Shown here in pieces: positions 12,443 to 24,255 of a stretch of 64,000 nucleotides of DNA. The notes under the pieces are model-generated. The model saw only the letters and a program-made list of their open reading frames with translations. It was not told the origin of the DNA and searched no databases. Origin of the DNA: Phaeosaccion multiseriatum (Eukaryota; Protista; Ochrophyta, other classes); contig OZ218953.1 in assembly GCA_965112735.1 (NCBI GenBank), positions 1,612,001-1,676,000 on the forward strand, read 5' to 3'. The position numbers and the translations under genes were made by a program. Positions within the stretch are counted from its first letter, which is position 1; every line of letters begins with the position of its first letter.

Positions 12443-12698
12443 GGTGTGGAGGAGCTGGGAAGGGCTCAATTACGTAATTATTATGTAGGCAGTGTACCAT
12501 AAGTCAACGGGTGACGGATCTACAGGGGCCGCTGGCCCCCTTCCTCATCCTGAACCCGTAAAAGACCAAGTGGAAAAAGCTTCCATAAACACAAGGAAGC
12601 TTCCTAGTTAGTATCACTTTTACCTTTGACGGGAACTTAGTGCTCAGCTTGGGGGTTATCTTCATACTCTCCAGGCAGAGGTAGGTAGCGTCCCCACC
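12443..12698. mobile_element. ~256-bp insertion specific to copy 2, possibly a MITE-like element
   Basis: Absent from the equivalent site in copy 1 (ggtaaATggcgcttgac, about 8094-8110). Ends are GGTGTGGA...TCCCCACC (7/8 inverted match), flanked by AT on both sides. Confidence 0.4.
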
Positions 12699-12792
12699 AT
12701 GGCGCTTGACACCTCGCCACACAAGCCCCCTCTCTGCTCACAATCACTCTTCCCCTGCAAGCAGCCACCCCCAAAACCAACCCACACTCAAG

Positions 12793-13339
12793 ATGCAGGT
12801 TCTCCAAGTGCTCATAGCCCTCGCAGCCGCCCTCGCTCTTGCCACCGGCGTCAGTGTGCCCATTACGGACGCCGCCGTCACCACTGCTGAAGAGACCAAC
12901 CAACGCGAGCTGTAAGTGGTCCTCAAGGCGCCTCGCTTCCCCTTTTTTGCGTCTCTTGGAACCATGCCGCTCATCACTTCTTTGCCGTTTGCCCCGATTC
13001 TAACGCTGTTGGTCCCGTGTCTCATGTTACACTGGACGCAGCTCATCGGGCTTCAAGTCTTACGGCAGGGGCTGGGGCCGCGGCTACGGCAGGGGCTGCG
13101 GTTCCTCGCTCTCCGCCTCGGGCTCCAAGTCTTCCTCGGGTGGACGCTTCTATGGCAAGGGCTGGGGCTCCTCGCTTTCCTCGGGTAGCTCAGGCTCCAA
13201 GTCTTCCTCCGGTAGCTCATTCTCCAAGTCCTCCTTGGGTAGCTGGGGCTCCTGCTGGGGCTCCAAATCTTCCTCGGGTAGCTCATCCTCCAAGTCTTCT
13301 TTTCCCCACCCACCAACGGCTCAGAGCTGCTGCGTTTAA
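12793..13339 (+). CDS. Secreted Ser/Gly/Lys-rich YGRGWG protein, gene B copy 2, shortened (138 aa) with a new C-terminus from the duplication breakpoint
   Basis: Exon 1 12793-12911 (MQVLQVLIALAAALALATGVSVPITDAAVTTAEETNQRE-L), intron 12912-13041, exon 2 13042-13339 ending ...SSKSSFPHPPTAQSCCV-TAA. Confidence 0.75.
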
Positions 13340-13456
13340 AAGACTCGATTGCGCCATCCGAACCACCGACGTGGAGGGTTCTAGAGTATGTACATTTCGC
13401 GTTACGGTACAGAGAAGCTTGCGGGAAGCAGAGAAGCCCTCCTTGCCCAACCTCAA

Positions 13457-14230
13457 TCAATACATGGTCTTGAGCGCTGCAAGTCTGCTTCTCCGCTTGG
13501 CCCCCGTGATGATCTTGCCCTTGTACTTCTCCTCATACGCGGCGCCCTTGGCTTTGCAGGCAGTGCGCCGCCGCTTTTGCTTCCACGAGCCTTTCCCCTT
13601 CATTGCTGCCATCGTCCTCAAATGCCTCTCGTTCATGCCCTCCTCCTCTGCGTCTTGCTGCCCCATCTCTACAGCCCTGCTCATTTGGCCCGTCAGTGGG
13701 GCGCGTCGCTTCTTCCCCTTGCCTGCCCCTCCTCCTGCCGAGGCGAGGGGGCTGCTCATCTCTTCTTCCAGCGCTGCTGCGGCTCGCTTTCGCGCTCGCT
13801 TCTCTTGTAGCAAGATGGCGGAAGCTGAGGGTGTTCCCATTCCCTTCGCCTCTGCTGTTGCTCCTGCTGCTGCTCCTGCTTCCATCATCCCCGCCCCTCC
13901 TCCTTTCCCCCCTCCCACGCTCGGCACGGCCTCCTTGAGGGCAGAAGACAAGGCCATGCCGTTGAAAATACTCAGCATGTTGTGCTGCGGCTGCTTCTTC
14001 TTATGCTGCTCGCCCGGTGCACTCCCAGAAGCCTCCTGCCGCGACGCGCCGAAGGTGAAGGGGGACTTGGGGACAGGGTCTGCGCCTCCTGCTGACGACG
14101 CACTGAATCGGGCGAGAGCGCTGCGCCTGGCTTCTTCCGGGTCCAGCGTGAACGCATTCAGAGCCGTGCGAAGGTCCATGGGAGGCTGCTGCTGCCTGCT
14201 GCGGTCCATCCCCGCATTCGTCCCAGACAT
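13457..14230 (-). CDS. Hypothetical protein with a basic C-terminus (possibly nucleolar / ribosome biogenesis)
   Basis: Single 257-aa ATG ORF with a K/R-rich C-terminus (KQKRRRTACKAKGAAYEEKYKGKIITGAKRRSRLAALKTMY). The functional assignment is a guess. Confidence 0.55.
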   Translation of the reverse strand: MSGTNAGMDRSRQQQPPMDLRTALNAFTLDPEEARRSALARFSASSAGGADPVPKSPFTFGASRQEASGSAPGEQHKKKQPQHNMLSIFNGMALSSALKEAVPSVGGGKGGGAGMMEAGAAAGATAEAKGMGTPSASAILLQEKRARKRAAAALEEEMSSPLASAGGGAGKGKKRRAPLTGQMSRAVEMGQQDAEEEGMNERHLRTMAAMKGKGSWKQKRRRTACKAKGAAYEEKYKGKIITGAKRRSRLAALKTMY

Positions 14231-15021
14231 GGTGCCGCCCTCTAAAAAAAAAAATTTCGAAGGTAGATTTTCCTTCTTCTGGGGCCCGAGGGTTGTCCTT
14301 CTTCTTCTGGGGGGCCGTCCGCCGCAGTCAGAAAGGCAGCCCGCTCAAATCAAGAGACGAGTTGGTCCCGGTCTTCTCCAATCCTTTTCTTTGGGTTGTC
14401 CTTCATTCACCATGCCCACCCGATCGATCCATCCGGGCTGCCAGCCAAAGTTTATCGAGGTCATCGATTTTGTTTTTCCTAATGGCTTGTAGAGAACATT
14501 GCCGGAAAAGAGAGAAGAAAAGCAGCGAGCAGTGTTGAAATAGCTGGGTTAGGTGTGTGCAGGAAGAATTCTCCTTGGGTGCCCTAGGCAAGCCCCTCGC
14601 TGCGGCAGCAGGATAAGGAAGGGGAAGGCGAGAAGAGCACGAAGTGTTGCCAGTTTCGGGCGGGCTGGGTCGGTGAGCTCTTCTTCCTCGCAGTGCTCCC
14701 AGCCGTTTGCGGGGGGTGGTCCGGCCTTCAGAGGGTGACTTCTGCTTCTCGTGAGGTAAGGCAGGGAGCCTCTTGATAGTGAAGGAAGGGGGGCGGGGGG
14801 CAATCGCAACCGATGGATGGGCCGGCCAGGAAACTGGGGAGTTCAGCCCCCCCCCTCTTCCGTACTCACGAGGTACCTCGGCAAGCGTCGCTTCCTTTGT
14901 CATCCACTCCCCACACTTCAACTCACGCTTATATTGTGGTGTCATTCCCTTGCTTCTCGTGCCGCTTTCCGCTTGAAAGGAGTGTCAGGAACGTGAGCAA
15001 GGGAGGCAGCGGTAGGCAACG

Positions 15022-16747
15022 ATGGCGGCGTCAGGTACAGCAGATATGGAGTCGAACGACATTTGGGGTGAGGAGCAGGATCAGCTGGACGAGGAGGTCC
15101 TTCGCATGAGCTCGGAGGAGCTGAAGCAGCGAATCAGGTCAGTCCAAGTCAGATGGTTCCTTCGTTCACCTCTGTCGAGATGGCGTCTGCCAAACGGGAG
15201 TCGGCATTAAGTGCACTCTCTCGTTGGTTTGAAAGGGAAATGAGTGCTGACAGATGATTTGCTGGTTCTTGTGTGCACCCCAAGAGATGTAATATGTTGT
15301 TCTCTGTCTGTATCTCTCTCTCTGCCACTGTTCTCTCTCCCACAGATTGTTAGACAACGAGATCAGGATCATGAGGTCCGACAAAGACCGCATCCGCCAC
15401 GAGTCGCAGGCGCAGCGAGACAAGATCAAGGAGAACCTCGAAAAGATCAAGCTCAACAAGCAGCTGCCCTACCTCGTGGGAAACGTCGTGGAGCTTCTAG
15501 AGCTCAAGGACGAGGAGGAGGAGGGTGAGTGTGACTCAACGACGTTTTTGGAAGCCTGCAAGCTTCGTTAAAACGGCGCTCAAAAAGATATACACTCATG
15601 CATTTTTGGCTGACTCCCGTTGGCGTTGACGCTCGCTTTGTCTTGTTGCCCTTCCACACCCACCCACCACCCGCGCACTCCACCACCCCACCTCCCCAAC
15701 GAGCAGAGGAGGACGGAGGGGCCCAGGACGTCGATGCCGGGCGTGACGGAAAGAGTGCGGTGGTCAAAACGTCAACGAGACAGGTGAGGGAGGGAGAGCA
15801 GGGTAGAAGGGCAGTTAGGGCGAACATGTACATGTGTATGAGGTGTCTAATGGAGTATGCTGATACCTCAGTTTGGCTTTGCCACGCGTTGCCCTTTGCC
15901 CCTCCTCTTTTGAAGTGGTGTTTGACTTGTCAGTATCGCTCGTGTCCTTCTCATCCTCTTCCATCCTCTTCCTCCTCCTCCCCCCACAGACTATCTACCT
16001 TCCCGTGCCCGGTTTGGTGCCTGTGGAAGAGCTGCAGCCCGGAGACCTCGTGGGGACTAACAAAGACTCGTACCTCATTCTGGAGAAGCTTCCCAATGAG
16101 TACGACAACAGGTTGGTTCGTCCTCAAGCCTGCCAGCCAGGCAGGCAGGCAGCACAGGCAGGCCTTGAGATGAAACGAGTCGGTCAGCCAGAGGATTAGT
16201 TAGTCGGAATCTCCAATTGAAGAACTAAGGGTCGCTCTAACTTCTTCGCTCTCTTTGCCTGCCTCTCTGTCTGCCTCTCTGTGGTGTTTGTTTGTCAGGG
16301 TGAAGGCCATGGAGGTTGACGAGAAGCCAACGGAGGAGTACTCCGACATTGGGGGCTGCGACAAGCAGGTGCGTGCGTGTGTGCGTGTGTGCGTGCGTCG
16401 TAAGTCAGTCTCTCGTGCCCCCCCCCGCTACTCTACTCTTGGTTAGCAGGATGTGCCCCTGCCCTACTCTTGATTAGCAACAAGTTGTGGGGAGGGGGGA
16501 TGCAATAGACAAAACGAAACGCAACGCAACGCAATGCAACGCAACGCAACGCACCACAACGTAAACGCAACACGCCTTTCTACGGCTGTTACGCCCGCCC
16601 GTAGGGCACGAGCGACATGGCTTGGATATATCATTTGGTCTGCTCACTTGAACCCTCCACCCCCGTCCTCCTCTTCCCTTCCTTTTGTTTTAACACATGC
16701 TCTCGCGACACGACACGACACGAACACACACGCACACATACGCGCGC

Positions 16748-16781
<34 letters not shown>

Positions 16782-18169
16782 GTGCACGCGCGCGCACAGA
16801 TCCAAGAACTCATCGAGGCCGTCGTGCTGCCCATGACACACAAGGACATGTTCATCAACTTGGGCATCCGACCCCCCAAGGGCATCCTCCTGCACGGACC
16901 CCCAGGCACAGGCAAGACTCTCCTGGCCCGCGCCTGCGCCAACCAAACCGACGCCATCTTCCTCAAGCTAGCGGGGCCGCAGCTGGTGCAAATGTTTATC
17001 GGAGACGGGGCCAAGCTGGTGAGGGATGCGTTCGAGCTGGCCAAGGAGAAGTGCAAGGATCAGTCCAAGGGAGGCGCCATCATCTTTATCGATGAGCTGG
17101 ACGCCATTGGCACCAAGCGTTTTGGGGGGGAGCAGAGCGGGGACAGGGAGGTGCAGCGAACCATGCTCGAGCTGCTCAATCAGCTAGGTGAGTCAGAACA
17201 AACGGCAAAAGAAGGAAGAGAACTCGAATGTCACTTCTACGGTCACCAGCAGGATCTCTTTCCTTCTCGAGGAAGCGCCTTTCCCCCCCTCCCCCACCCC
17301 AGCGCCCTGTCCTCTCGGTAGATCACCTCACCCCCTCTCCCTCCCACCCTGCCTCCCATGTCTCCCCTCTCCCTCTTCCTTCTTTCTTTCCTCTCTTCAT
17401 CAATCACTCCCTCTCCTTCACAGATGGCTTCAGCTCGAACGACCAAATCAAGGTCATCGCCGCCACCAACCGCCCGGACGTGCTGGACCCTGCCCTGCTT
17501 CGATCGGGCCGATTAGACCGCAAGATCGAGCTGCCTCACCCGACTGAGGACGCGCGGGCTCGCATCATGCAGATCCACAGCAGGAAGATGAACGTGGACA
17601 AGGACGACGTTAACTTTGAGGTGAGCCATCGGTGGGAGGCATGTGTGTGGACACGTGCGTGTACATGTGTGTATATCTGGGTCTCTTCTCTCTCTCTCTG
17701 TGTGTGTGTGTATTGGCGCTCTTTCTTTCTTTCTGTCTGTCTCTCTGCGATGTTGCCATCTCCCCCCCCCCCCCCCCCCCCCCCCCCTTTTTTTTGTGAG
17801 GATGAAGAGTCGACGCAGCTCTACCCCCGAGTGCTCCACCAAAGCACCCGCCTTAACTTTTCCTCCCCGCATAAGGCGGCGTCAAGAAATCGTTTCTCCC
17901 TTGTTACCTCTCACGACACGCCTTCTTCATTGTGTGCGCCATCCACCCACCCGCCCCTCCCCTTCCCTCTCCTCCTCCCTTCCTCACAACAACAGGAGCT
18001 GGCAAGGAGCTGTGACGACTTCAACGGTGCGCAGCTCAAGGCCGTGTGCGTGGAGGCGGGCATGCTGGCATTGCGCAGGGAGGCATCGGAGATTAAGCAC
18101 GAGGACTTTATGGAGGGCATTAACGTGGTGCAGGCCAAGAAGAAGGGCAGCCTGGACTACTACGCATAA
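15022..18169 (+). CDS. RPT5: 26S proteasome AAA-ATPase regulatory subunit 6A (RPT5/PSMC3), multi-exon
   Basis: [52 protein letters not shown], Walker A GPPGTGKT, Walker [24 protein letters not shown], and C-terminal HbYX ...SLDYYA. Canonical introns. Confidence 0.97.
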
Positions 18170-18964
18170 GTCATTGGGCGGGGGGGGGGGGGGGGGGCAG
18201 CAGGGCAGCAGGGAGGGGGAAAGGTGGTCGTCTATGCTGTACGCAGCAGAAGGGTGCTTGGAGGGGGGTGGAAGAGAGAGTCAAGTCAAGTCGAGAGAGT
18301 CAAGTCAAGTCGTCCCAGCAACCCATGGTACTTAGCAAGCAGGCCAGGCCATCCCCAGGTTCTCTGGAGGGAGAGAGAGATTGGGTTCCATGTCGATGTG
18401 TGTGTTCGCGCGTCTGTCTCTCTACCTGCCTACCTGTCCCTTTCTCTCTCGGCGCATGGGCAGAGGCCCATGTCCGGCGGAAGAGGGGCCAGGACGGAGA
18501 GGCTGACTGGAGGAAGGCAGGACGGCAGCAGCGGCTAATGTGGAGGGAGAGAGGGGTAGAGGGAGGAAGGTTCCACTGCTTTGAGTGAAGCGAACTCGTT
18601 TGGAAAATGATCAAATGAGTGGGCCATGGAGACTTGCTTTTCCTCTGTTCAGGACCATGGCAGAAGCAGCTCCAGCCAGGAGAGGGGAGGGGAGGAGGAA
18701 GAGGGCTTGGAACAAAGAAAATGAAACTGAAACCTTCCTCCCTTGTGAGATACGGGTCGTGGTAGACCGGGGGTACAAATAATTAGGTGATTTCGCTCCA
18801 TCCGGTGCCATCTTTCTCACTTCCTTCATCCTCTTTTTGATTTTTTGCACGCTTGTTGTTACCGCTGCTGCTGCTTCAGCTGATCTGTGCATACACTTAT
18901 CCTTGAAGGGAAGGGTATGGCGGTCACTACTAGAAGGGATGGAACTCCCCAGCTGCCACCACGG

Positions 18965-21790
18965 ATGTTTTGCATCCTCCTTCTCCTCGCGCCGATGCTG
19001 CTGCTCCAGGACGTTGTCGGGCAAGGCTCTGGCGCCGCGTCCTCCAGCGCCAGCTACAGCGAGGTGTGCGTCAGCTCTGAGGAGTGCATCTCGGCTGCAG
19101 GAGACGACCTGCTGGAAGATTTGAAGGTGCAAGGGATGGGAATGGTGTGCGATCCCTTCAGCTGTGGCAGACGGAGCGAAGAGTGAGTCATGGGGCGTCT
19201 CTTTTGGCGTGCAATCAATCATTCGGCGTTAAGACTTGCAGTAGCGAATTTCTTTTCTTGTCATGAGTAGTTCTGCCCCGGCACCACCAGCCTCTTTCAA
19301 GCGATTGCCGAATGGCAATAGCCCCCTCCCCGATGTGACTTGCGGCGTGCCGATCATCTCTTATCCCTTTTTCTCTTCCCTTCCCCTATGTTGCCCCCTA
19401 CCCTTCCAGGAGAGAGCTCTGCCACACCCTGCAAGTGAGCCCCGCTGCTCAAGCCGCTGCACCCTCCGGTGTAGGCGCCTTGTTCGGCTGCCGTAGTTGC
19501 TACCATGAAGACGCGGAGGGCCTACTGGGCGTGCCTGCCGAGGAAGTGAGGCTCGATCTCTGCTGGGGCCGCCAAGGACGAGGCTTCCACTGGCCCGGGG
19601 GGAGGAGCGCTGGCCAACAAGAGCAAACACAGAAGGGTGAGGAGGAGGAGGAGGAGCAGCAGCAGCAGCAGCAGCATGAAGAGGAGGAGGAGGAGGAGGA
19701 GGAGGAGGAGGAGGAGGAGGAGGAGGAGGAGGAGAAGCAAGAGGAGGAAGAAGAGGAGAGGAAGGTGCCGCACCTCGTACGGCAGAGTCGGCGCTATCTG
19801 TGGGGGGACGCGCCCAGCAACCCCAAGAAGAAGAAGAAAAACGTCATCTTTATTATTTGCGATGACATGCGACCCGAGCTTAGCATCTACGGTCGTGAAC
19901 ACGCCCTAACCCCCAACTTCGAGCGTTTGAGCGCGAGGGGGGTGACGATGGACAAGATGTACAACTCGGTGGCCGTGTGCCAGCCTTCCAGAGAGGCTCT
20001 CTTCTCCGGTCGGCGGCCTGACAAGATCAAGGTATGTGTCTGTGTAGCTTCTGGCTCCGGCATCTTGCTTGCTCGCTCTCTCCCTCTCTGGTGTGAGTCT
20101 CACTTTCTCCCCCCTTTCCCCTCTCCCTCCCTCCCTCCCTCCCACTCTCTCTTTTCTTCTCTCCCGCCCCTCTACATGCCTTTCTCTTCACGGGCACCTC
20201 AACACGAAGCCCCTCCCCCTTCCCCCCTCCCCTACCCTTCCCTCCCCTCCCCTCCCCCCTCCCCTACCTTCCCCTCCCCTCCCCTCCCCCCTCCCCTACC
20301 TTCCCCTCCCCGCCCCTCCCCCGCTCCGGCCCCCCTCCTTTCTCAATTGTTTTGGGACACTCGCACACTGGATGCTCACACCGCCCCCTCCCCCACACCC
20401 CCTGCAACCCCAAAAGGTGTGGGGCTTTGAAGCCCTCTGGAGCGGCGCGAACATGGTCAAATACCTTAGCGACGATGCGCACGGCTATCAGTCATGGAAC
20501 TCAGGCAAGACGTTTCACTTCACGGGCCACAACAACGGGTGGAAGGCTCCCCATGTCGACCCCCACCTGCCCATGTGGCTGGGAGGCTCTCGCTATCAGG
20601 TAACGTGTATAGACCGAGTACTTAAACCTCCATGCCGGACACCCCAACACCTTACACCTATGGCTGCCTCACGGCTAACGTCGGTCGTCGCATCCTCCAC
20701 CTTCTCCAAGTTGGTTTCCGTGTGCATACGAGGGCATAACATGTCTGTGTCTCTCTCTCTACATAACCCGCCCCCACCCCCACCCCCACCCCACCTCCTT
20801 CCTCTCTCTTACCTCCTCCACTGCGATACGAATACAACACGAAACAACACACACACGCACGCAACACTCGCACGCACACACTCACACTCGCACGTATACA
20901 CACATACATACACACAGGACCCCAAGCTTCCTAACAAGTGGTACTCGTATCAAGGCAAGGAATATGGCTACTTCTTCCGTCCCAACGAACCCAACATCGT
21001 CAAGTTCGAGGCTGGGGCGGGCCCGCACCTCAACCCGGAGAAGCACGAACAGGACTTTGCCGAGGATGACTTTGCTGACTACGTGCTTACCGACCAGGCC
21101 CTCAAGGCCCTCGCCCTGCTCACCAATGTCCAGCCCCACCACGACAGCGAGGAGCAGCAGCCCTTCCTTCTTGGGGTGGGCTTTAAGAACCCGCATTACA
21201 TGCACCACATACCGAAGAGGTCTGTGTGTGTGTTGTGTGTGTATCGTGTGACGGGTGTATTGGCCATCCAGACAGGAGAGGGGGCTGGGGCTGGCTTTGA
21301 TCTGTATGTGTGTGTGCGTGTATGTGTGTGTGTGTATGTGTGTGTGTGTGTGTAAGTGCGTGTGTGTGTGTGCGTGTATGTGTGTGTATGTGTGTGTGTA
21401 TATGTGTGTGTGTGCCTGCCCGTGTGTTGTGTCCTAACGATTCAGCCTCTGCGTCTCCCGTCGTCGCTTCTGCTTGCTGCGCGATTGGGACGAACGTTAT
21501 TTATGTGCGTGTGCGCGTGTGCGGCGCGTGCGTGTGCGTGTGCGTGTGCGTGTGCGTGCGTGGTTATCACAGGATCTGGGACAAGTACGAAAACCTCGAT
21601 GTCGCCAAACTCCTGGAGGGGGTTTCTCTGCAGTGGCCACAGAGCATCAACCGCTTCGAGAGACAGTTCCAGACAGACCTCATGGAAGGCACCGTGCAGC
21701 TCGTGGACGGGCGGTGAGTACGACTGAGTAAGGGGACCGGGGGGGGGGGGGAGGAGCACATGTGTGTTGATGCCCCGCGTGCACGCACGC

Positions 21791-21824
<34 letters not shown>

Positions 21825-21913
21825 CTCGCCCGCCGCCCTCTGTGTCCCTGGCATTCTGCCTCCCTCTGTCTCTGTCTCTGTCTCTGACACCCTCAACCCT
21901 TTACACATACCCC

Positions 21914-21956
<43 letters not shown>

Positions 21957-22606
21957 GCACCGTCCCCTTCTTGGAGGCGGACGGCAGCCTGAACAAGGAA
22001 GTGTACAGAGACGAGATCCGCGGTTACCTTTCGGCCATTAGCTTCGTGGACGAGCAGCTGGGTCGGATCATGGATTACATGGATGGGCACGATCTGTGGA
22101 AGGACACCACCCTTGTCTTTACGTCGGACCACGGCATGACTTTCGAGAAGTCCCTGGCTATGAAGGTGAGGGGAGGGAGGGAGGGAGGGAGGGAGGGAGG
22201 GAGGAGGGAGGGAGGGAGGGAGGGAGGGAGGGAGGGAGGGAGGGAGGGAGGGAGGGAGGGAGGGAGGGAGGGAGGGAGGGAGGGAGGGATGGATGGATGG
22301 ATGGATGGATGGATGGATGGATGGAGGGAGTGAGGTAAGGGGGGAGAGGAGGGGAGAGGAGGGGGGCAGGTAGCGAGGTAGTAAGACAGTGCGCAGTGGG
22401 GGATGGAGTGAAATGGATTTGCTACTGCGAGCCTGTCTGCCTGCCTGCCTGCCTGCCTGCTTACTCGCTACTGGATCTGCCTGCCTACTGACGTGAATCC
22501 TACGTAGATACCCATCTGCCCTCACCACCTTACCTTCCCCCACCCCGGTGTGCCCACCCCACCCTTGACATAAACCATCTGCTGTCGTCCTTTCCCGTGT
22601 GTGTGC

Positions 22607-22656
<50 letters not shown>

Positions 22657-23468
22657 GCGTGCATGGCTCTTGCTTCTTCCGGCGGTGCGCACAGTGGAAT
22701 CTCTTTGAGTCGTCCACGCGAATCCCCTGCGTCATCGCCGACCCCGATATGATGGGGACTCCTGCGCAAGGCTCACACTACCCTCACATCACTGAGCACA
22801 TTGACCTCTTTCCCACCATTGCCCACCTCACGGCCAATGCCGGAGATGGGTCGGATGAGGAAAGCAGCTTTCAGGAGCGGATGCAGCTGGATGGTCGGGA
22901 TCTGTCGGGACTCTTGCTCGGAGGGCCAGCCGTGTGGGGAGAAGGAGGGGCAGGAGCAGGAGCAGGAGCAGCAGGAGGAGGGGCCGGACGAAGAGTGGAG
23001 CGAAGGGGGGAGGTGGTGGGGACCGGGGAGGATGGCTTTGCGATTACGCAGTGGGGGCGGTGTATACGGGAGGCAGGATTCCCAGCGACGTGGCGAGACG
23101 AAGTGTGTAAGGCCAGCTACTTTCGCTTGCCGCAGGAGGAGAGGACGGAGGAGGACCAGAAGAACAATGTGTTTGTGTTGATGGGGTATTCCCTGCGGGT
23201 CAAGGACTGGCGGTACACCGCGTGGCTGTTTTGGGACAGTAAAACGATTCAGGCAGATCTGAGCCGACCGCCGTTTCAGGAAGACCTGTTTAGTCATGTG
23301 GGGGAGACGGGCGCGGACTTTGACCGAGTGGAGGACGTGAACCTCATTGGAAAGACCGAGGCAGAGCATCCGGGCATCGAGGCGGTGCGCGAGGCTCTTC
23401 GGTTGCAGCTCAGGAACTTCATTTTGGAGTACCAGTCGCAGCTAAGGGCGGAAATGCTTACTAACTAG
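18965..23468 (+). CDS. Secreted formylglycine-dependent sulfatase, iduronate-2-sulfatase-like, multi-exon
   Basis: Signal peptide MFCILLLLAPMLLL (alternative ATG at 18917). Motifs NVIFIICDDMRP, catalytic CQPSR, GKTFH, GFKNPH, FTSDHG, TRIPCVI, EHIDLFPT and MGYSLRVKDWRYT. Confidence 0.9.
22167..22330. repeat. (GGGA)n/(GGAT)n intronic microsatellite
   Basis: Directly visible tetranucleotide runs just after a sulfatase donor site. Confidence 0.9.
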
Positions 23469-24255
23469 AGAGGAAGCTTAGATGAATTAGAGTGAGTCGG
23501 CCCAGGGGCGAGGTTTGTAATATAAAACCATAGATGGCACTTCAGGGTGTAATATAAATGCTTCTCAGGCTGGGAGAAAAAACAAACAAACTTGGGGGGG
23601 TCGGGAGGGGGTGGCTCGCTTCTGTCCTGCTTCATCTTGCTGGCTTCTGAAGCCGCAGGCCCAGCCCCTGGCTTCTTGCTTTCGGCCGCATTTCAAGCCT
23701 TTGGGTACTGTTTACTCACGCACCCACACCCAAAACCTTACGTAATCTCATTACGTGAGGGCTGCGCGCCACAAGGATCCCACAAACATTGGGAAAAAGA
23801 GAGACAGGCTATACAACAGCTTAGAAGGGCTGCATTATAAGCTGCTTCATCGAGTTGAAGAACGGTAAGGGTGCTGGAGCAAGGGAACTGTGAGAAGGGG
23901 TTGCTGGTAAGGAAGAGGGCAAAAAGCAAAAAATTGCTTCTGCCAATTTCTGTGCTTCCTCATGTCTGTCCCCCCATTGCCCCCTCTTACTCGGGCTGGT
24001 GCTTTCCCTCTCCTTCGGGCTCGTTGGAGAGCTCTCCGCCTTTGCCCACTCTCTCTTGTTCGTCCAATCCATTCCCTCCATCTTTTTGCGCTTTTCTTTC
24101 ATTGTTCCCTTGGCCCCAGCTAACGGTGGCGTCTCTTCCTCCCCCTTCCCCCCACCCACCTGTGAGCTTGACTAGAGCGCTAGTGCGTGCTCATCTTACG
24201 CTCTTTGCTTCTTTCTCTTCGACCCTCCCTCCGTCAGGCAAAGAGCAAGCTCGTC

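Larger units (their letters stand above)
5001..13299. repeat. Tandem segmental duplication, period about 4.3 kb (copy 1 about 5001-8909, copy 2 about 9313-13299)
   Basis: Homology starts at gattaactta(a/ag)aatgcacaagtttcgccaatatgg at 5001 and 9313. It runs co-linearly through both genes and the spacer, and ends at gctcatcctccaagtcttc (8909 / 13299). Confidence 0.95.

Noticed and set aside
13017-14492. 491-aa plus-strand ORF
   Set aside because: Off-frame gene B copy 2 followed by the antisense of 13457-14230.
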